64,000 nt of DNA, from positions 3,845,050 through 3,909,049 of the forward strand of contig MU058781.1 of NCBI GenBank assembly GCA_013265495.1, written 5' to 3'. Below the pieces are notes generated by a model. It ran no database searches. It had not been told where the DNA came from and was given only the letters and a program-made list of their open reading frames with translations. Of this stretch, positions 25,276 through 39,954 are shown one piece after another. Source of the DNA: Vicugna vicugna. Lineage: Eukaryota. Position 1 is the first letter of the stretch. Each line of letters starts with the position of its first letter. Made by a program: the position numbers and the translations under genes.

Positions 25276-28200
25276 CTACCTGCCTACGTTATCCTTTTCT
25301 CTCTCCTTCTCTGGTGTGTGTTATCGAGGCTTTTAGGGGGAAAAAGATATGAGCATATTTACCTTTGGACTTTCATGTTTCCCTGGTTCTCTTTGAGGAC
25401 GGGGTGATGCTAGGTTCACCAGGGGAACAAACGACACTTTTTTTCTTCTTTTAACAATCTCTGAAAAGTGAGCCCAGGCTTACTTGCCTGGGACTGGAGC
25501 ATTTTGACGTGATTTTGAAGTTCATTTGGATTTTGAGCATAACAGCCTTTATCTTTGGAAGGTGTGGTTGCACCTGTAACTAAATGGGAAAGGTATCTCG
25601 GTTTCGCATCCAGCAATACCAGAGTTAATAGGACCAATACTTTGTGGGTTAGATAGTTGGGATCGTTGTCATTGCTGTTGTTTCTGGAAGGTATTGTGTT
25701 CATGCTTTAAGGAACTGGAAAATGCCTTGCGTTTCTGTGTGTAAGGAAGCTCTCCAAAGCACCTCTGAGGGCAGTATCTGGACGGTATTTGCATCTGTTT
25801 ACGAGTGTGATGAGAGAGTTACGATGCTGTTGCCAAGGGCATACAGGTACTGGATGGGGAATTGCTCAAGTTATGGGTACCCTCCTCCTTTCTCAACCGC
25901 CTCAAGCCTTGTCATCACTTCGTGATATTTAGTTTGTTGCAGGCACAAAGAATGGATTAAAAATAGGATTGTGAAGACTGTTTTGTGGCTACTTAGATAT
26001 CTTAGGTGTACTAATCTGCAGGAAGACAGTTTTCATTTTTAGAAATATAGCTGATCAATTCAGAAGGAAATAATATATTTGTTAATATTTTTTAATTGGG
26101 GAAAATATCACACTGATAACTGGAAAATGATTCCGTTTTTTAAATTGTACACACAACTTAGTAAAATAATTTATAAATTGAAAGAGATCAGTTAGGGAAC
26201 ATTATATGGAAAGCAAGAAATACTTTTGCTAAAAGGTGGTTAATGAGAGGCAACCAATGGCACTGATCATTTTGAGTTGCTGTTAAGTTGATTAGAATTA
26301 TGAATATTAAAGCTACTTGAGGCGTCAGACATAAAGTGATTATATTCCTCGTCCCTCTTTTGGGGTTTGAACACCTGTTAGCTGTCTGATTACTGGGTTT
26401 CTAGGTCTGTTCATATTTGCTAGTAATTTTAAGTAATGTCATCCCATTAGAAGATTGTATTGGAAATGAAAGAATTGAGTTGCAGCAACAATTTGCAGAT
26501 TATTTCACAAGTGGGTTTGTTATTAAACTGAATTTTACCTGTAGAGTAGTTCACAGATGCTCTGCTAAATACTCTTTGATGATGGTAATGAAATGGTACA
26601 TTGATTAAAATGAAGTCTATCCGTTTTGAGAAGGTAACCAGGAGAGAAAAATAAGTATTTTCTCATTTAAGCATGGAAAGGCAATCAGAATATTGAAGTC
26701 TGGACACATTATAGAGACACAATATAGTTTCCTGTTTGATACTAGAAATCAGCATTTTTGTGGTCTTTCTGAGGCACCAAGAGTACAGCTTTATTCAGAT
26801 CTTTTTTAGCATATCCAACATTCAAGTGCAAAGGTTCTGGACTTGCTTTTCGGCCACATGGGACGCTCACTCTGAGTTCCAGCCTGAACATTTGTGGCCC
26901 TTAGTTTGTATTCTGAAGAATGGAGACAGCCAGTGTTAATTCAGCCTAGTAAGGACTCAGGCTTTGCCTTTGCTGCTAGCTCACAGAAGGCACAAGATTC
27001 AGAATAGTTTGGCATCTCCAACACTGTATTGCTTTCTGCCAAAAAGATAAAGTCAGTAAACATCAGAAATAAACAGTCTTGTATTGCAAGCACTGCTTTG
27101 TGCTAGTGGTTTATTTATACAAGTTCTGAAGCATGAAATGAAGCTTTCACCAGTGCCGTGAAAAACAATAATTTGGCGTGTTTATATATGTTACTAGCGT
27201 TCTGAGGTATGTGCATAACCAGATAATGAAAGCAAAGAATACTGTGATAGCCACAGAACCTCCTTAGGACATGCAAATGGGAGTGTGCTGTGTGCCTTTG
27301 ATTGAGATCAGTCACTTTGTGGAGTGGAGAACAGCACAGAGCGTCATAAGGTGTAAAATATTAGTTGTCACTCTTGCTGGTTCACAGTAGTAGGAAGCTT
27401 CTGCATTTCTAGGCTTTAAAGTCTGAAAATGATATGTCTTAATTTTATACAATTGTTTTATTATTTTGTAAAATCTTAATTTTATACAGTGAAAAAGGTC
27501 CTCTTTTTGGTATATGTTCTAAAATATGGTCTGATGTTTGTAAATACAGCCATTGTTCTACCTGGAGAATTCTGTAACTTGACTGACCAAGTCTGTCCAG
27601 AGAGATAAAAGGAGCCAAGAAATGTTCTTGTTTAAGTTAGGAGTAACTTGTACATGTGCCATTGAAAGTCAGTTGTTTGTAACCATATGAACCCACACGG
27701 GCAGCATAAGGCCATTGAAGCCTTTGTTGGCTGTTTCTGGGTCAGTGTTCTCTTGCAATTTCTAGTAGTTGTACTGTGATAACATGATGACTGGTTGCTA
27801 ATTTAGCGCCTCGTACAATGTGTTGTAGCATTTGTAAAAGCACATTTGTGAAGGATGAGATATATATATATACACATACATATATATATGATTTTTTCAT
27901 TACCAAAACACTTAGGCTTGGATTTGTGGCTGGGGAGCTAATGTTAGCCCTGAGACCTAGAGGAAAAATGCTCTAAATGTGAGGTGTTGTTAACTGGCCT
28001 GCTGTGCGTGGTGAGTATCGATCACAGCCACTGCTGAGAAAAGGTGTGGGAGACACACGGTGGTGGTGCTCATAGGAAGTGGTGTTTTGTGCTATGGCTT
28101 ATTGATAGAGATTGATGGAGGCTCAACAACTTTTGTGGACACATATTTCATTTATTTGTGCTCTCAGTCAAAATGAGGATAAGATTCTGAAGCCATTTTG

Positions 28201-30186
28201 TAAACCACAAGTTTGGAAAATGGGGAAAATGCATCCATTTATACAGTCTGGCACAGAATCGGAGTGTTATAAACACAGTTGGAGGTCAGTGACTGATTGT
28301 AGCAATTTTATAGTGTAGTTTTGGACATCAGTCAGCAAATGTTTATCAAGTGTTTCCTTCTGAATATTCCATGTTGCTTAATAAAAGGCATCTGAGCTCT
28401 TATGGTTGAGGAATTATTTGTTTTCCAACTTTTATGATTATTCTTTTATTGTATGTGTAACTCATTACATGGGATACCCAAATATTCTCCTTTGGCCTAG
28501 TTTTCAGCCTTCCTTTTCTTATGGGAAAAAGTAACTGGTTAATTCTTTAATGCTTTTTAAGTAATTTTATATCCCCAGGGCTTTAAAAAAATATGATGTA
28601 GTTAATTTGTTATTCAGCCAGAAGAATATCAGAAACTTAGTTTATAATGGTATGCATTAAAAAAAAAACCCACAGCACATGTTAGAATCCTTAAGCTCAC
28701 ATTTTGGACAAGTGCAGAGTGTTGTGTGGTGGTTGGGAAAATTTGGGATTCCGTTAGGTGATTGAGTGCTCATTTCCGCGACTGCCTGGACCTGGATCTC
28801 TTCCTCTTTACCTCATAATCAGTAGATGTGAACACCAAAGGACCTCGAGGTGGAAGCTTCAGTGAATCAAAAAGTGTTAAAAAAAAAAAAAAAGGAAGAT
28901 TAATACATGCTGAGAACCTTCAGGGCTTGTGGTGATGGGGAGGGAGGAAGAAAGACGGATGGCACTGATCATCTTTTTTGTGGTCAACACCTTGTGGTCC
29001 AGGCATGAAGCAATCCCCCAGGGGCTGTTTACATGCTTGCCAGCAGGCTGGCCACTCCTGCAGCATAGATGCTGTCCTGGTCGCTTACCCCTGCTTGTAC
29101 TCCGCACTAACTGAAAAGTGACTCCCTTGAACTGCAGTTTAAGTGCATGTTGACTATTATCAACCACAAATTAGGACATAAGAATAAAGATTTTCCACAT
29201 CGTTATATGATATAATCGAATTGGTCAGGGAGACCAGCTAAGATCATCAAGACGTATTGGAGCAATAAAATAAAGCTATGTGTTTGTCTCATATGGCTGA
29301 TGTGCTTAAATGAGAAATTGTTTCTCTGAGTATCAGCCCACTAGGAACTGTCTTCCCTCTCCTACAACCACAGTCATTCAAGGGAGACATGGCATTTTAC
29401 ACAATTTTTTCACTACATGATGTGTCAGGCACAGTTATGTTGAAGAACGGATGCTTACTGAAACTCTTGAATTGTAAACCTGCAAGAGAATGTTTCTGTG
29501 TTGCCTTACCTGGCATTTCCTCTTGATTCCTATGGTTTCCTACGACCCTGTTTAGTATGACTGCAGCTCTGTCTTTTTCCTGTCGATGAAACCCTTCCTG
29601 GTGCTTTCTAATGGGCCAGGCATGGTTCTAAACACTTTACAAATACTAGTTTATTTAATCCTCATAAGAGCCCTCTGAAGTGGGTACTACTATATAATAT
29701 TGTAGATCAACTATACTTAAGAAGGAGGAAGCTGATATGATTGTTTCTGTTACATTAACCCAAATTTAGGTACACAAAATATAGCAGAGTCCTGGCTTCA
29801 CGTCAAGGAATGCAGCAAGCTTTACTTTTTAATTCACTGATATAAAGTGTAGAAATAAAGGCACTAATCATTCTGGCACTTGGGCTTTTTTCTTATTTTA
29901 ATAAAAAGAAACAAAACCCAAAGTCATAAAACAAGAAGCATCTCTTCATGGCATGTAGGCACATGTCCAGTATTTTCTGTAACACAGAAACTAGACTAAT
30001 TTACAGAAGAGATACTTTCTGAAGGTAGTTGTTCTTTTGCTTATTATTTGTATTCATATGTTAAAAGAATATATATTTTCTATGGTGTGAGCCTTGCTGT
30101 ATATATGTAAATATATCTTTTAAAGGTTTGCCTGTTTTGCTTTGTCTTATGTGAGCTATCTTCCGTCTAGGCTCACCTGTTCTTTT

Positions 30187-30315
30187 TAAATTGATGTATA
30201 GTTGATTTACAATATTATATTAGTTTCAGGTGTACAGCATAGTGACTCCGTATTTTTGCAGAATTATACTCCATTATAAGCTATTACAAGATAATGGCTG
30301 TAATTCCCTGTGCTA
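30187..30315 (-). mobile_element. Short cetartiodactyl L1 3' tail
   Basis: ttgatgtatagttgatttacaatatt...ttccctgtgctata. TSD taggctcacct(gt/ac)tctttt at 30168-30186 and 30316-30334. Confidence 0.85.
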
Positions 30316-31862
30316 TAGGCTCACCTACTCTTTTTTTTAGTAACTTTAACCTGTTCTGAGAACCAAGTGATGCTCCTTTCTCACTCTCTCTTCCAAGAGA
30401 ACTCTGTATATACTTAAAAAAATAATTTAGCATGTTGTTTGATGATACGTATATCTGTATTTTGTGCTAGATGTAAACTTCTTAGGAACAAGAACCATGT
30501 CTTACTCATTTCCAGATAGGTACAAGTGTGTTTTTCTCAATTGAATATGTAAAAATATCTTTATGTGACATACAATTATTATTTTTAAATCTAATTCCAA
30601 AGTCAGTATTGCGGGCCTTAAAAAAGTCAATTTTAGGGCCTTAGGAAAGGGACTCAAGTTTCTTATAGTAGTGTTACTTCAGTTTTCTAAGTTTCCAAAT
30701 GTATTGTAGGGACCCTATAAAATTAATTTGAGCTTTTAGTTATTTGAAGTACCACATTAGAAATCAAATATCACGATTTTGTTTTTGACTTGTTTGGATT
30801 CATGATGGTCATATTTTAAAAGGTTATACATAAAAAAACATAAAAAACCACTAGCTAGATTAATTTTATACTGGCAGTTATGAATAAACTTTTGATTGTT
30901 CTAGTTAAAGAGAGCAAAAAATGGATCTTTAAAAATCATTTACACTTGTCTTTATGATAGTTTTAGTGTTTTACTTCCTATCCCCTCTCCCCCACCCCTT
31001 TATAAACACATGTTCTCGCTGTCTCTGTAGATGAGTGATTAAGCATTTTAATTTCAGGGGGCTTTTCTTATTTAGGCTATATGAAAAATAAGATTAAATA
31101 AGAGACAGATATCCATAAAAGCAAGTAATGAAACATAGTTCTGTGGGTTCTTCTAGTAATATTGTAATAGCTGTCATTTATTGATCGCTTACCTCGTACC
31201 AGGTACACTTAAGTATGGAACACAAACTCTCTCTTTTGATCTTCACAGTAACTCTTGTTTCTTCATCTACCAAATGCTAATAAATAGCTTATGCAAGGTT
31301 TCACAGAGTCGGTAAATTTAAAAACATGATTTGTGTGGATAAATCACAATCTCAAGTTGCCTGTGATTGCTTTGTTAATTATCAGCAGACAAAGAACGCC
31401 TTCCTGCTTCAGTGAAGATGCCTTTTGATTATGTATGCTTTGGGAAGAGTGGCAGTTGATGCCTGCCTGGTGGGGCGGATTCAGAATGGCAGCAGTGGTC
31501 AATTTCGAGAGGGGAGATGGTTGTCTGGAAGTAACCAAAAACGTACATCCTTGTTTGTGCTTATCACTGCAGACTCCGGGGGGGTTTTGGTATAGAAGGG
31601 AGGGGACGAACACTTCCCTCAAATCTGATTTTAGAATTAAAAACAAAATTAAAAGGAATTATCTTCTCTCTCCTGAATTTATTTTGTTTTATTTTGTACT
31701 GTGCCCTAGACAAGGAATTAATCCAGAGAAGGAACATATGAGATGTTATAGGATAGGAAGAAATGAAGTGAAAAGTAACTCAATAAATGTCATATCCCTC
31801 AGGCTGGACTTCTCCAACGGTCAGAGCAGCACGTTCTCTGTTACTGTGGTAGAGTTCCTTGT

Positions 31863-31890
31863 CTTAGGATGCTTAGGATGCTTAGGATGC
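31863..31890. repeat. 9-bp tandem repeat (cttaggatg)x3
   Basis: Read directly. Confidence 0.9.
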
Positions 31891-32144
31891 TGGAGGCCTG
31901 GAGGACAGGGGTCAGGATGAAGTTAGAAGCCTAGAAAACTGTTTTCATCTGGGTCATTCTCTTGTACATCATGGATTTTTCTTGGAATTCCTAGTGCAGA
32001 CCTTTCTTGATAGCTACTGGGAAAAAGGGGGAACAAGAGACTTTTAGTTAAAATCTTAACAGCGTGTAAAAAGCTCACTTTTTGGAACAACTAGTTATTT
32101 TTGTCAAAGTGACTTTTTTCCATGTTCAAGGTCTGTCTGAGAGT

Positions 32145-32330
32145 CAGTAAAGCACAGTGGTTTTGAAGCCAGACAGCCTGTATTTGAATGCTACCATCTA
32201 GCTATGTGGCCTTGGGACAACTTCTTAATCGTGCTGGGCCTTCATTTCTTTACCTATAAAATAGGGAGAATAATATTACTTACTTCGCTGGGGTGTGAGT
32301 ATTAAACGAACCGTTATTTGTAAAATCTTA
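32145..32330 (+). mobile_element. MIR SINE
   Basis: agccagacagcctgtatttgaat...tatgtggccttgggacaacttcttaa...ctataaaatagggagaataata. Confidence 0.7.
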
Positions 32331-33298
32331 ATTATTATCTGTTAAGAGTAAGCTTTGTGAGCAGAAATGACACCTAATATTTGATGCTTTTATAGGTAAA
32401 AATAAAAATCTAGTTTTCTTTAGGCCTTTGAATTCAACTTATCTTATGATTCTGCTTATAAATCTGGTAAGTGAGCCATCACCTTCACTTTTTCTTTGAT
32501 GAAACTTTAGTTCCAGTTGAGCAGAATTGAGTTCCTTAAACTATCAGTCTTATTTATAAACTTAGTTCAACTTAAACTCTTAAATATTTTCAATTATATA
32601 TATAAATTTAATATATTTGATTTTCTGTTTAAACAAATCAGATGCTTAGTGGGCGAAAGTATGACTCAAATAAGTGAAACCTTTCCAAATGCTTAGCTCA
32701 AGTTCCTTGGACTGTTCCATCGCTTACAAAATTAATATTTTATAGACATAGCCAAATCCTCTTAAACATTTCAATCTAAATAAATCATATGTCTAAATAT
32801 ATCACATTTTAAACTAGGATCACAGGGCTATTCTGTTAGCTTTGTTTAAACATTAAAATCCTAATAATTATGCACAAACTGTTCCACTTGATATAAAACA
32901 TATTTCTAAACTTTTCTAAAAAGTATTCACGTAAGTCTGATTTTCTTCATCATCTCTATCTATATTTAATTCTAAACCTCCTCTAGATTGGAGAGGCACT
33001 TACTCATTAGAAGGAAGTTTATTATCTCAGATAAGCTGGAGGGACCATTTCACATGAACTTGTGTTCTCATACTGCTCCATGTTCATTTCAAGTTACTGC
33101 TTGACCGTTTTTCATTAAAATATGGCTCCTTGTTGATCACAGATTTAAGGCCTGGAGCCTGTACCTGGGCTGCATACATCCTGGATGATCCTTCCTGTGA
33201 TATCAGTGGATGGGCTTTGCCCTCTTTTATAGTTGCCACGACAACAGGTGACTCCTAACCATGCTTTTCAGATGATACTGGTGTTTTAACCTTTCGAC

Positions 33299-33720
33299 CA
33301 GTGCTGTTCAATATGGAATTTTAAGTTTTGGGTAGCCGTATTAACAAAGTAGACAATAATTTTAATGATAGATTTTATTTAACCCAACACATACAAACCA
33401 TCTTAATTTCAACACATAATCAATATAAAATTAACAAGATTTTTGACAGTATTTTAAAAATTTTTTTGCATGAAGCCTTTGAAATCTAGCATGTATTTTA
33501 CACTTACAGAATGTCTCAATTTAGATGCTAAATTTCTAGCAGTTACAATAAAATGTAGTCCTGCCAGAATGGTAATATTGTAGTTGATGGAAGAATATTT
33601 ATATTGCTTCAGTTTCTAAATTAAAATTAAATAAAATTAAAATTTCTTTTCCTTAGCTGCCCTAGCCATATTTCAAGTGAGCCACACGTGGCTTGTGGCT
33701 GCCATCTTGAACAGTGCGGC
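33299..33720. mobile_element. Charlie1/MER3-MER33-type hAT element
   Basis: TIRs cagtgctgttcaa ... ttgaacagtgcgg; internal ttttatttaacccaa and tattttacacttaca motifs. Confidence 0.7.
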
Positions 33721-34919
33721 CCCAGTCTGAATTCAGATTTGCTCCTCACCTCGTTCTTTTCTGCGCTCTAGACTGTGCCCCACTGCTATTTCACATGGCT
33801 TCTACTCACTTGAATTCTTCATTTCTGCAGCTCACAGTAATTTTAATGGCATCTGATTGGCTTTGAAAGGCATTTTAATGTCATTTCATTAAACCCCAAT
33901 ATTTCAACTTTTGTCTGTTTTTCTGAATGGTTTCTCAATTTTTTTTATGTGTCCATTTACAACAGTAGTAGCAAAGGAAATGCAGTGTTTTATCATAAGT
34001 TGTTTGCCATTTGGAGAGGAATGTTGAGGCTTAACTGTAACCCACGCGTACACCCAAATGGCTGAGTCTGGCAACCCTCCTCCTTCCTTGTCCGCTCGTT
34101 GTCCTGCCATCCTTGACAAACGTTTGTTGTTTTCTTTTCTCCCCTCAAACACGTGCCCCTCCTTGTCCCCTTGCCCTCTGCAGATGACCTTGCTTCTAGG
34201 GAACTTCCACAGGCTTCCACCACTGCGTTCTTCAGTCTCATCTGCTTCTGAACCCACACCTACTGCTGTCTCCCTAAGGGACCCTCAGTGGCTGAGCTTA
34301 TCCCTAAGCCCACCCCTTCCATTTGTGCGTTGTGTCCCTTCCCCTCTCGTCCACTCACAGATAGCAGTCTTTCTTGATCATCAGTTTACCCTACTATTGG
34401 ATAATTTCCATCTGCTTATATACTGTAATATTACAAACTGTAACAGTTTAAGCTCATCTTAAAAACACACACACAAACACAACACAATACTTCTTTAACC
34501 ATTTTCCTTTGGTTTCTACACCATTTCTCTGCCCTCCTTTATAGCAGAGTTTCCTACAAGCATTGTCTACACTGCTCTTTGCTGTTTCTCTCCTCCCATT
34601 CTTGAATCTATGTGCATACCCACCGTTCCGTTGAAAGTGCTTCAAAGTCACCTTGCCAAGCTCAGGATCAGTTCCCAGTAGTTATCTTACCCAGGCTTGC
34701 AGTAACGTTTGAGTGCTGCCTTGTTCAAAGTCTTTCTTCCCTGGGCATATACATTAACTGTTGCTTTAGTTGTGCTGTATTACAAGGCATCCTAAAACTC
34801 CGTAGCTCACATTTAAGTTTTGTTTATGCGTCTCCTGGGTTGGCTGCATTTCAGCTGACCTGGGAGGGGCTGAGTTGGATAGCCCTGCTCCAGGCTGTGG
34901 ATTGAGTTCAGATCTCTTT

Positions 34920-36300
34920 TAAATTCTGTTAGTTTTTTCAAATGTATTTTGAGTATGCTATTAGATACATAGAGATTTGTAATTGTTGTATATTCCTGTT
35001 GTATTGGATCCTTTTATTTTTATTAAATAATAAAATGCCTCTTTAGTTCTAGTAATGGTTCTTGACCCATAGTCTCCTTGTCTGATATTAGTATATACAG
35101 GCTTCCCTTTGGTTTGCATAGTTATGTTTTTCTATAACTTTCAGACCCTTATTTTTGAGTTCTTTTATAAGCAGAGTGTAGCTGAGTTTTGTGGTTTTTT
35201 TTTTAAATCTCACTGACAGCCTTTGGAGTATCTAATAAATAGTCCATTTAATTTAAAGTAATTGATAATATATTTGGGTTTAAATTGACCATTTTACTAT
35301 TTGTTTTCTCATTATCTAATTTGTTCTTTGTTTCCCTTTCCTTTTTTTCTTGCATGTTTAAATTAATCAAGTATTTAACATTCCTTTTTCTTCTCTATTG
35401 GCCTGTTATTTATATATCTTGATATTATTCTTTTAACCATTATCCTAGAAATTATAACATTCGTCCTTCACTTATGAATTTATTCTGAATCAGTACGTTA
35501 ACCACTTCCTTCACAATGCTTGGTTCTGAGAATACTTTAACTCAATAAAAGCCCCTCCTCCCTTTTGTACTGTTGCTGTCATTTATTTTTTAATTTCACA
35601 TATGAATAAAACCTCATGACATATTATTATTGCTGTTTTATGTAGTTAGTATTTATTTATATTTACCATCTCTCTGTATTCCTTTGTGTAAGTCTGTATT
35701 TCCCTCTGGGATATTTTCTATCTGTTGGAAGAACTCCTTTAGTATTTCTTTGTATTTTTGTTTGAAACTTTACTTTTTCTTAATTCTTGAAGTATACTTC
35801 TGTTGCATGTAAAATTCTGGACTGTCAGTTTCTTTGACTGCTTTGAAGATGTAATTTCATTGTCTTCTGTCTTCTATTATTTTTGTTTAAGAAGTCAGCT
35901 GGCAGTCTTGTTGTTGGTCTTTTGAAGATTATGTACTGTTTTTCTCTGTCTGCTTAAAAATTTTTTTAATCTTTGATTCTGAGGAATTCTATTATAGTGT
36001 ATCTAGATACATTTTGCTTATTGTTTATCCTGCTTGGGTATTATAGAGCTTCTTTAATCAGTTTTAGAATATTGGCCATTATCTCATCAGATATTACTTC
36101 TTCTGGTCCAGTCTTTCTCCTCTCCTCCTGAAAGTGCAATTTTACATATGTTAGACCTTTTCACTGTGTCCTCTTTGACTCTTAAATTCTTTTTGGTATT
36201 TTCCATCATCTTTTTATCTCTTTGCTTTAGTTTGAAAATTTTCTAATAATCTCTCAATGCACTAATGCTCTCTTAGTCTTTTATCTGCTCTTAAAAACGT
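34920..36300 (-). mobile_element. Ancient L1 (L1MC/ME-like) fragment
   Basis: T-rich antisense L1 pattern (tgtctgatattagtat..., ttgaagatgtaatttcattgtcttctg..., gaagtcagctg, ggccattatctc). Confidence 0.6.
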
Positions 36301-36309
36301 CTGTTGAGT

Positions 36310-36580
36310 TTTTATTTTGTTACAGCTTTATTGAGGTATAATTTACATGCCATAAAATTCACCCAATGTAAGTGTACAAGTCGATGATGTTAATTAAATT
36401 TATAGAGTTCTGCAACCATCACCACAGTCCAATTTTAGGACAAAAATCTCTTGAGCCCACTTGCAATCTCTGCTCCCATCTCTAATCCCAATCACCATTT
36501 TTCTATAAATTTGTATTTTCTGCTCATATGAGTTATACAATATGTAGTCTTTTGTATCTGGGTTCTTTCTCTTAGAGAAT
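36310..36580 (-). mobile_element. L1MB-like 3' end
   Basis: acagctttattgaggtataatttacatgccataaaattcaccc...aaccatcaccacagtccaattttag. Confidence 0.7.
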
Positions 36581-37450
36581 GTTTTGCCTATGTTTTCTTC
36601 TAGGAGTTTTATGGTGTCATTTCTTATATTTAAGTCTTTAAGCCATTCGGAGTTTACTTTTGTATATGGTGGAGGGAGTGTTCTGACTTCATTGATCTAC
36701 ATGCAGCTCTTCAGCTTTTCCAATACCACTAGCTGAAGACGCTGTCTTTTCTCCAGTATGTGTTCTTGCCTCCTTTGTCGAAGATTAATTGACTATAGGT
36801 GTGTAGGTTTATTTCTGAGCCTCTAGCCTGTTCCATTGATCCATGTGTCTGTTTTTGTGCCAAAACCATGTTGTTTTTATTAGTGTGGCTTTATAGGATT
36901 GTCTGATGGACAGTTATGAATCCAGTGTAGTTCTTTTTCATCAGAATTGCTTTGGCAGTTCTGGGTCTTTTATGATTTCATATAAATTTTAGGATTATTC
37001 CAGTTCTGTGGAAAATGTCCTGGGTAATTTGATAGGGATTGCATTAAATCTGTAGATTGCTTTGGGTAGTGTGGCCATTTTAACAGTATTAATTCTTCCA
37101 ACTCAAGAGCAAGGGATATCTTTCCATTTCTTTGAATCATTTTCAATTTCCTTTACTACTTTTTTATAGTTCTCAGCATATAGGTCTTTCACTTTCTTGA
37201 TTAGGCTTATTTCTAGGTTTTTTTTTTTGGAGGGGGTGGGGATGCAATTTTAAAAAGGATTGCTTTGTTATTCTCTCTTCTCATAGTTTATTGTTAGTGT
37301 AAAGAAATGCAACAGATTTCTGTATGTTAATCTTGTATTCTGCTACCTAGCTGAATTCGTTTATCATTTCTAGTAGTTTTTGTGTAGAGCCTTTAGGGTT
37401 TTCTATATACAGTATCTAGTCATCTGCCTATAATGACAATTACATCTCTT
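36575..37450 (-). mobile_element. Cetartiodactyl-type L1 ORF2 internal fragment
   Basis: gagaatgttttgcctatgttttcttctaggagttttatgg...gggattgcattaaatctgtagattgctttgggtag...atgcaacagatttctgtatgttaatcttgtat. Confidence 0.85.
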
Positions 37451-38204
37451 GAAACAGGAAGGTCTTTAGCCATCAAGTTCAGAATCTTAATTTCTCAGAT
37501 GAAAAAGCCATGACCCAGAAAGGTTAAGTGATTTCCTCAAGTGATTTACTCAAGCTCCCAGAGCCTGCTTATTAGAGAAAGCTGGGATTGGTTTAACCAA
37601 AAATTATTGTGGCCCACTTTGGGGATTTACCCTAAGATGCCCTTATCGCAGAATGTATTTGTCAAATGTCAAGCCACCACAATGTTGCCCCTGCATTCTT
37701 TTAGAAAATAACCTTAAAAGGTGAAGTTGCCGGTGAGTGGAGATGGCAGTGACTCAGCAGTGTCCCTGGTGGCTCCATCAGGTGATTTATTAGAGTGCTC
37801 TGTGTCAGATGCTTCTGCCTGAATCTGCAGAATCTCTCCTGAGTGGCCCTCCCCTCTACCTTCCCACTCCTGACACGACAGTTTAGGCAGAAATAAAGTA
37901 ACCGCAACATGACAGCAATAACAAAACAACCAACACAGATGTAAAAAGAAAAGAAAAAGAAACAAACTTTAAAAACTTTTTTTTTGCCTGAATGTGACCA
38001 TTAGAATATATTAAAAATTTCAAAGATTAAAGCATACCATTTGTCTTACTTATGTCAAAACTTGTTCATCTATGCTGTTTTAGGTGTTAAACAGTAAGCT
38101 GGTTTTTCCCTCCTTGTTTTCCATCTGTACTGCTGTGCCTGAATTTCATCTTGACAGTTTGCCTCTGTATTTTTTTCCAGTACTAAAATAACCCATTTAA
38201 AAAG

Positions 38205-38973
38205 ACTGTAGTAAGAACACTTAAGATGAATAAGATCTACCCTCTTAATGATTTTTTAAGTGTTCAATACATTCCTGTTGACCATAGATTCAGTGTTTTT
38301 CAGCAGATCTCTAGAGCTTATTCATCTTGCTTAGCTGAAACTTTTTGCCAGTTGATTTAGTAATTCATTTCCCCTTTCCCCCAAACCCTGGCAAGCACCA
38401 TTCCATTCTTTGATTCTATGAATTTGACTACTTTGGATACTTCATATGAATAAGATCATGCATTGTTTGTCCTTCTGTGGCTGGCTTATTTCACTTAACA
38501 TAAGGTCTTCAAGGTTCATTGATGTTGCTGAAAATGGCAGGATTTCCTTCTTTTTAATGGCTGAGTAGTATTCCATTGCATATATATCACATTTTTTTTC
38601 ATCCATTTATCCACCAATGGACATTTAGGTTGTTTATACATACTGGCTATTGTGAATAGTGCTGCAGGGAACATGGAGTGCTAATATCTCTTTGAGATCT
38701 TGATTTCTGTTCTTTTGGATAAATACCCAGAAGTGGGATTGCTGGATCATACTGTGTTTCTTCCATTATGTTTTCCATAGTGGCTGCACCATTTTAAGTT
38801 TCCACCAACAGTGTTCAGGGGTTTCAGTTTCTCCATGTCTTTGCCAACATTTGATACTTTCTGATTTTCAGTCATCCTGACAGGTGTGAAGTGACGCCTC
38901 ATTGTGGTTTTGCTTTGAATTTCCCTGATAATTAGTATGCTGAACTTTTTTTCTTTTTCTTTCTCTTTTCTTT

Positions 38974-39008
<35 letters not shown>

Positions 39009-39210
39009 TTTGTATGTCTTCTTTGGAGAAAAGTCTTTTCAAGTCCTTAGCCTACTTTTAAATCAGATTATTAGTTTTTGCTATTGAGTTGAAAGAGCTC
39101 CTAATATATTTTGGATAGTAACCCCTTATCAAATATCTGGTTTACCAATATTTTCCCCCATTCTGATTGTTTCCTTTGCTGTGCAGAAGCTTTTTGGCTC
39201 GATGGAGTCC
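38205..39210 (-). mobile_element. L1MA8/9-like 3' end with an internal T-rich tract (38945-39005)
   Basis: gtaagaacactta...agatctaccctcttaa...cagcagatctctagagcttattcatc...atacccagaagtgggattgctggatcat. Confidence 0.85.
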
Positions 39211-39954
39211 CACTTCTCCTTTGCTGTTTTGACATCCTTTTCATTTGAGTCATACCTGTGGATCCATCCCTGGGTGTGGAAACATCCAGCGGCTCTTCAT
39301 CCTGTGGGTCATACGGTGGGAGTTGGAGGTACCAGTGAAGCTGTAGAACAGAAGGGTCATCACTGCATTGGATGTGAGTGTGAGGTTGTTAATGACCAAT
39401 GAGTAGGTAGGAGAGCACAGAGCAAGGATGTCAGATTAAGACATCAGAGAAGTAAAGGGTCCTTGGGGAACTGAGTGGAGGCAGAGTCCAGTGTTTCACT
39501 TTCCTGGAGTCATGGAATAGGCATTGGGAAACCTCTGGGTTATAAGATGGGATAAGTCAGGGACACTTAGAGAAAGGAAATCTGTTCCTTAGGAGAGGAA
39601 GGTAGAAAGTTAGGATATGTTAACTGTAATATGAAAGACTATTAAGGGATGGGAATGAGGAATGCAGGAAGATGTGGAAGATGTAGTCCCACCCCCGCAA
39701 CCCCTGCATTCCCTAAGCATCCTTTGACTCCTCCTCTTGCGGCATTTCTCATCAGGTGCTGCAACATGAGTTACTTATTAGGCTCCACCTCTAACTTACA
39801 TTCCTTGAAGATAAGATTACCACCAGCACCAAGCACAAGGTCCAAAAAATATTTGGTTTATGAGCAGATACACATGGTGGATGGGCAGCTGGAGAAACCA
39901 AGCATCCCTGAACACAGATGTTGAAAAGTAGAGACAAAGTTTTGCTAATGGTTC

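Noticed and set aside
31435..31920. 161-aa intronic ORF
   Set aside because: No homology recognised, includes a 9-bp tandem repeat (GCLGCLGC), and has no clear exon boundaries.
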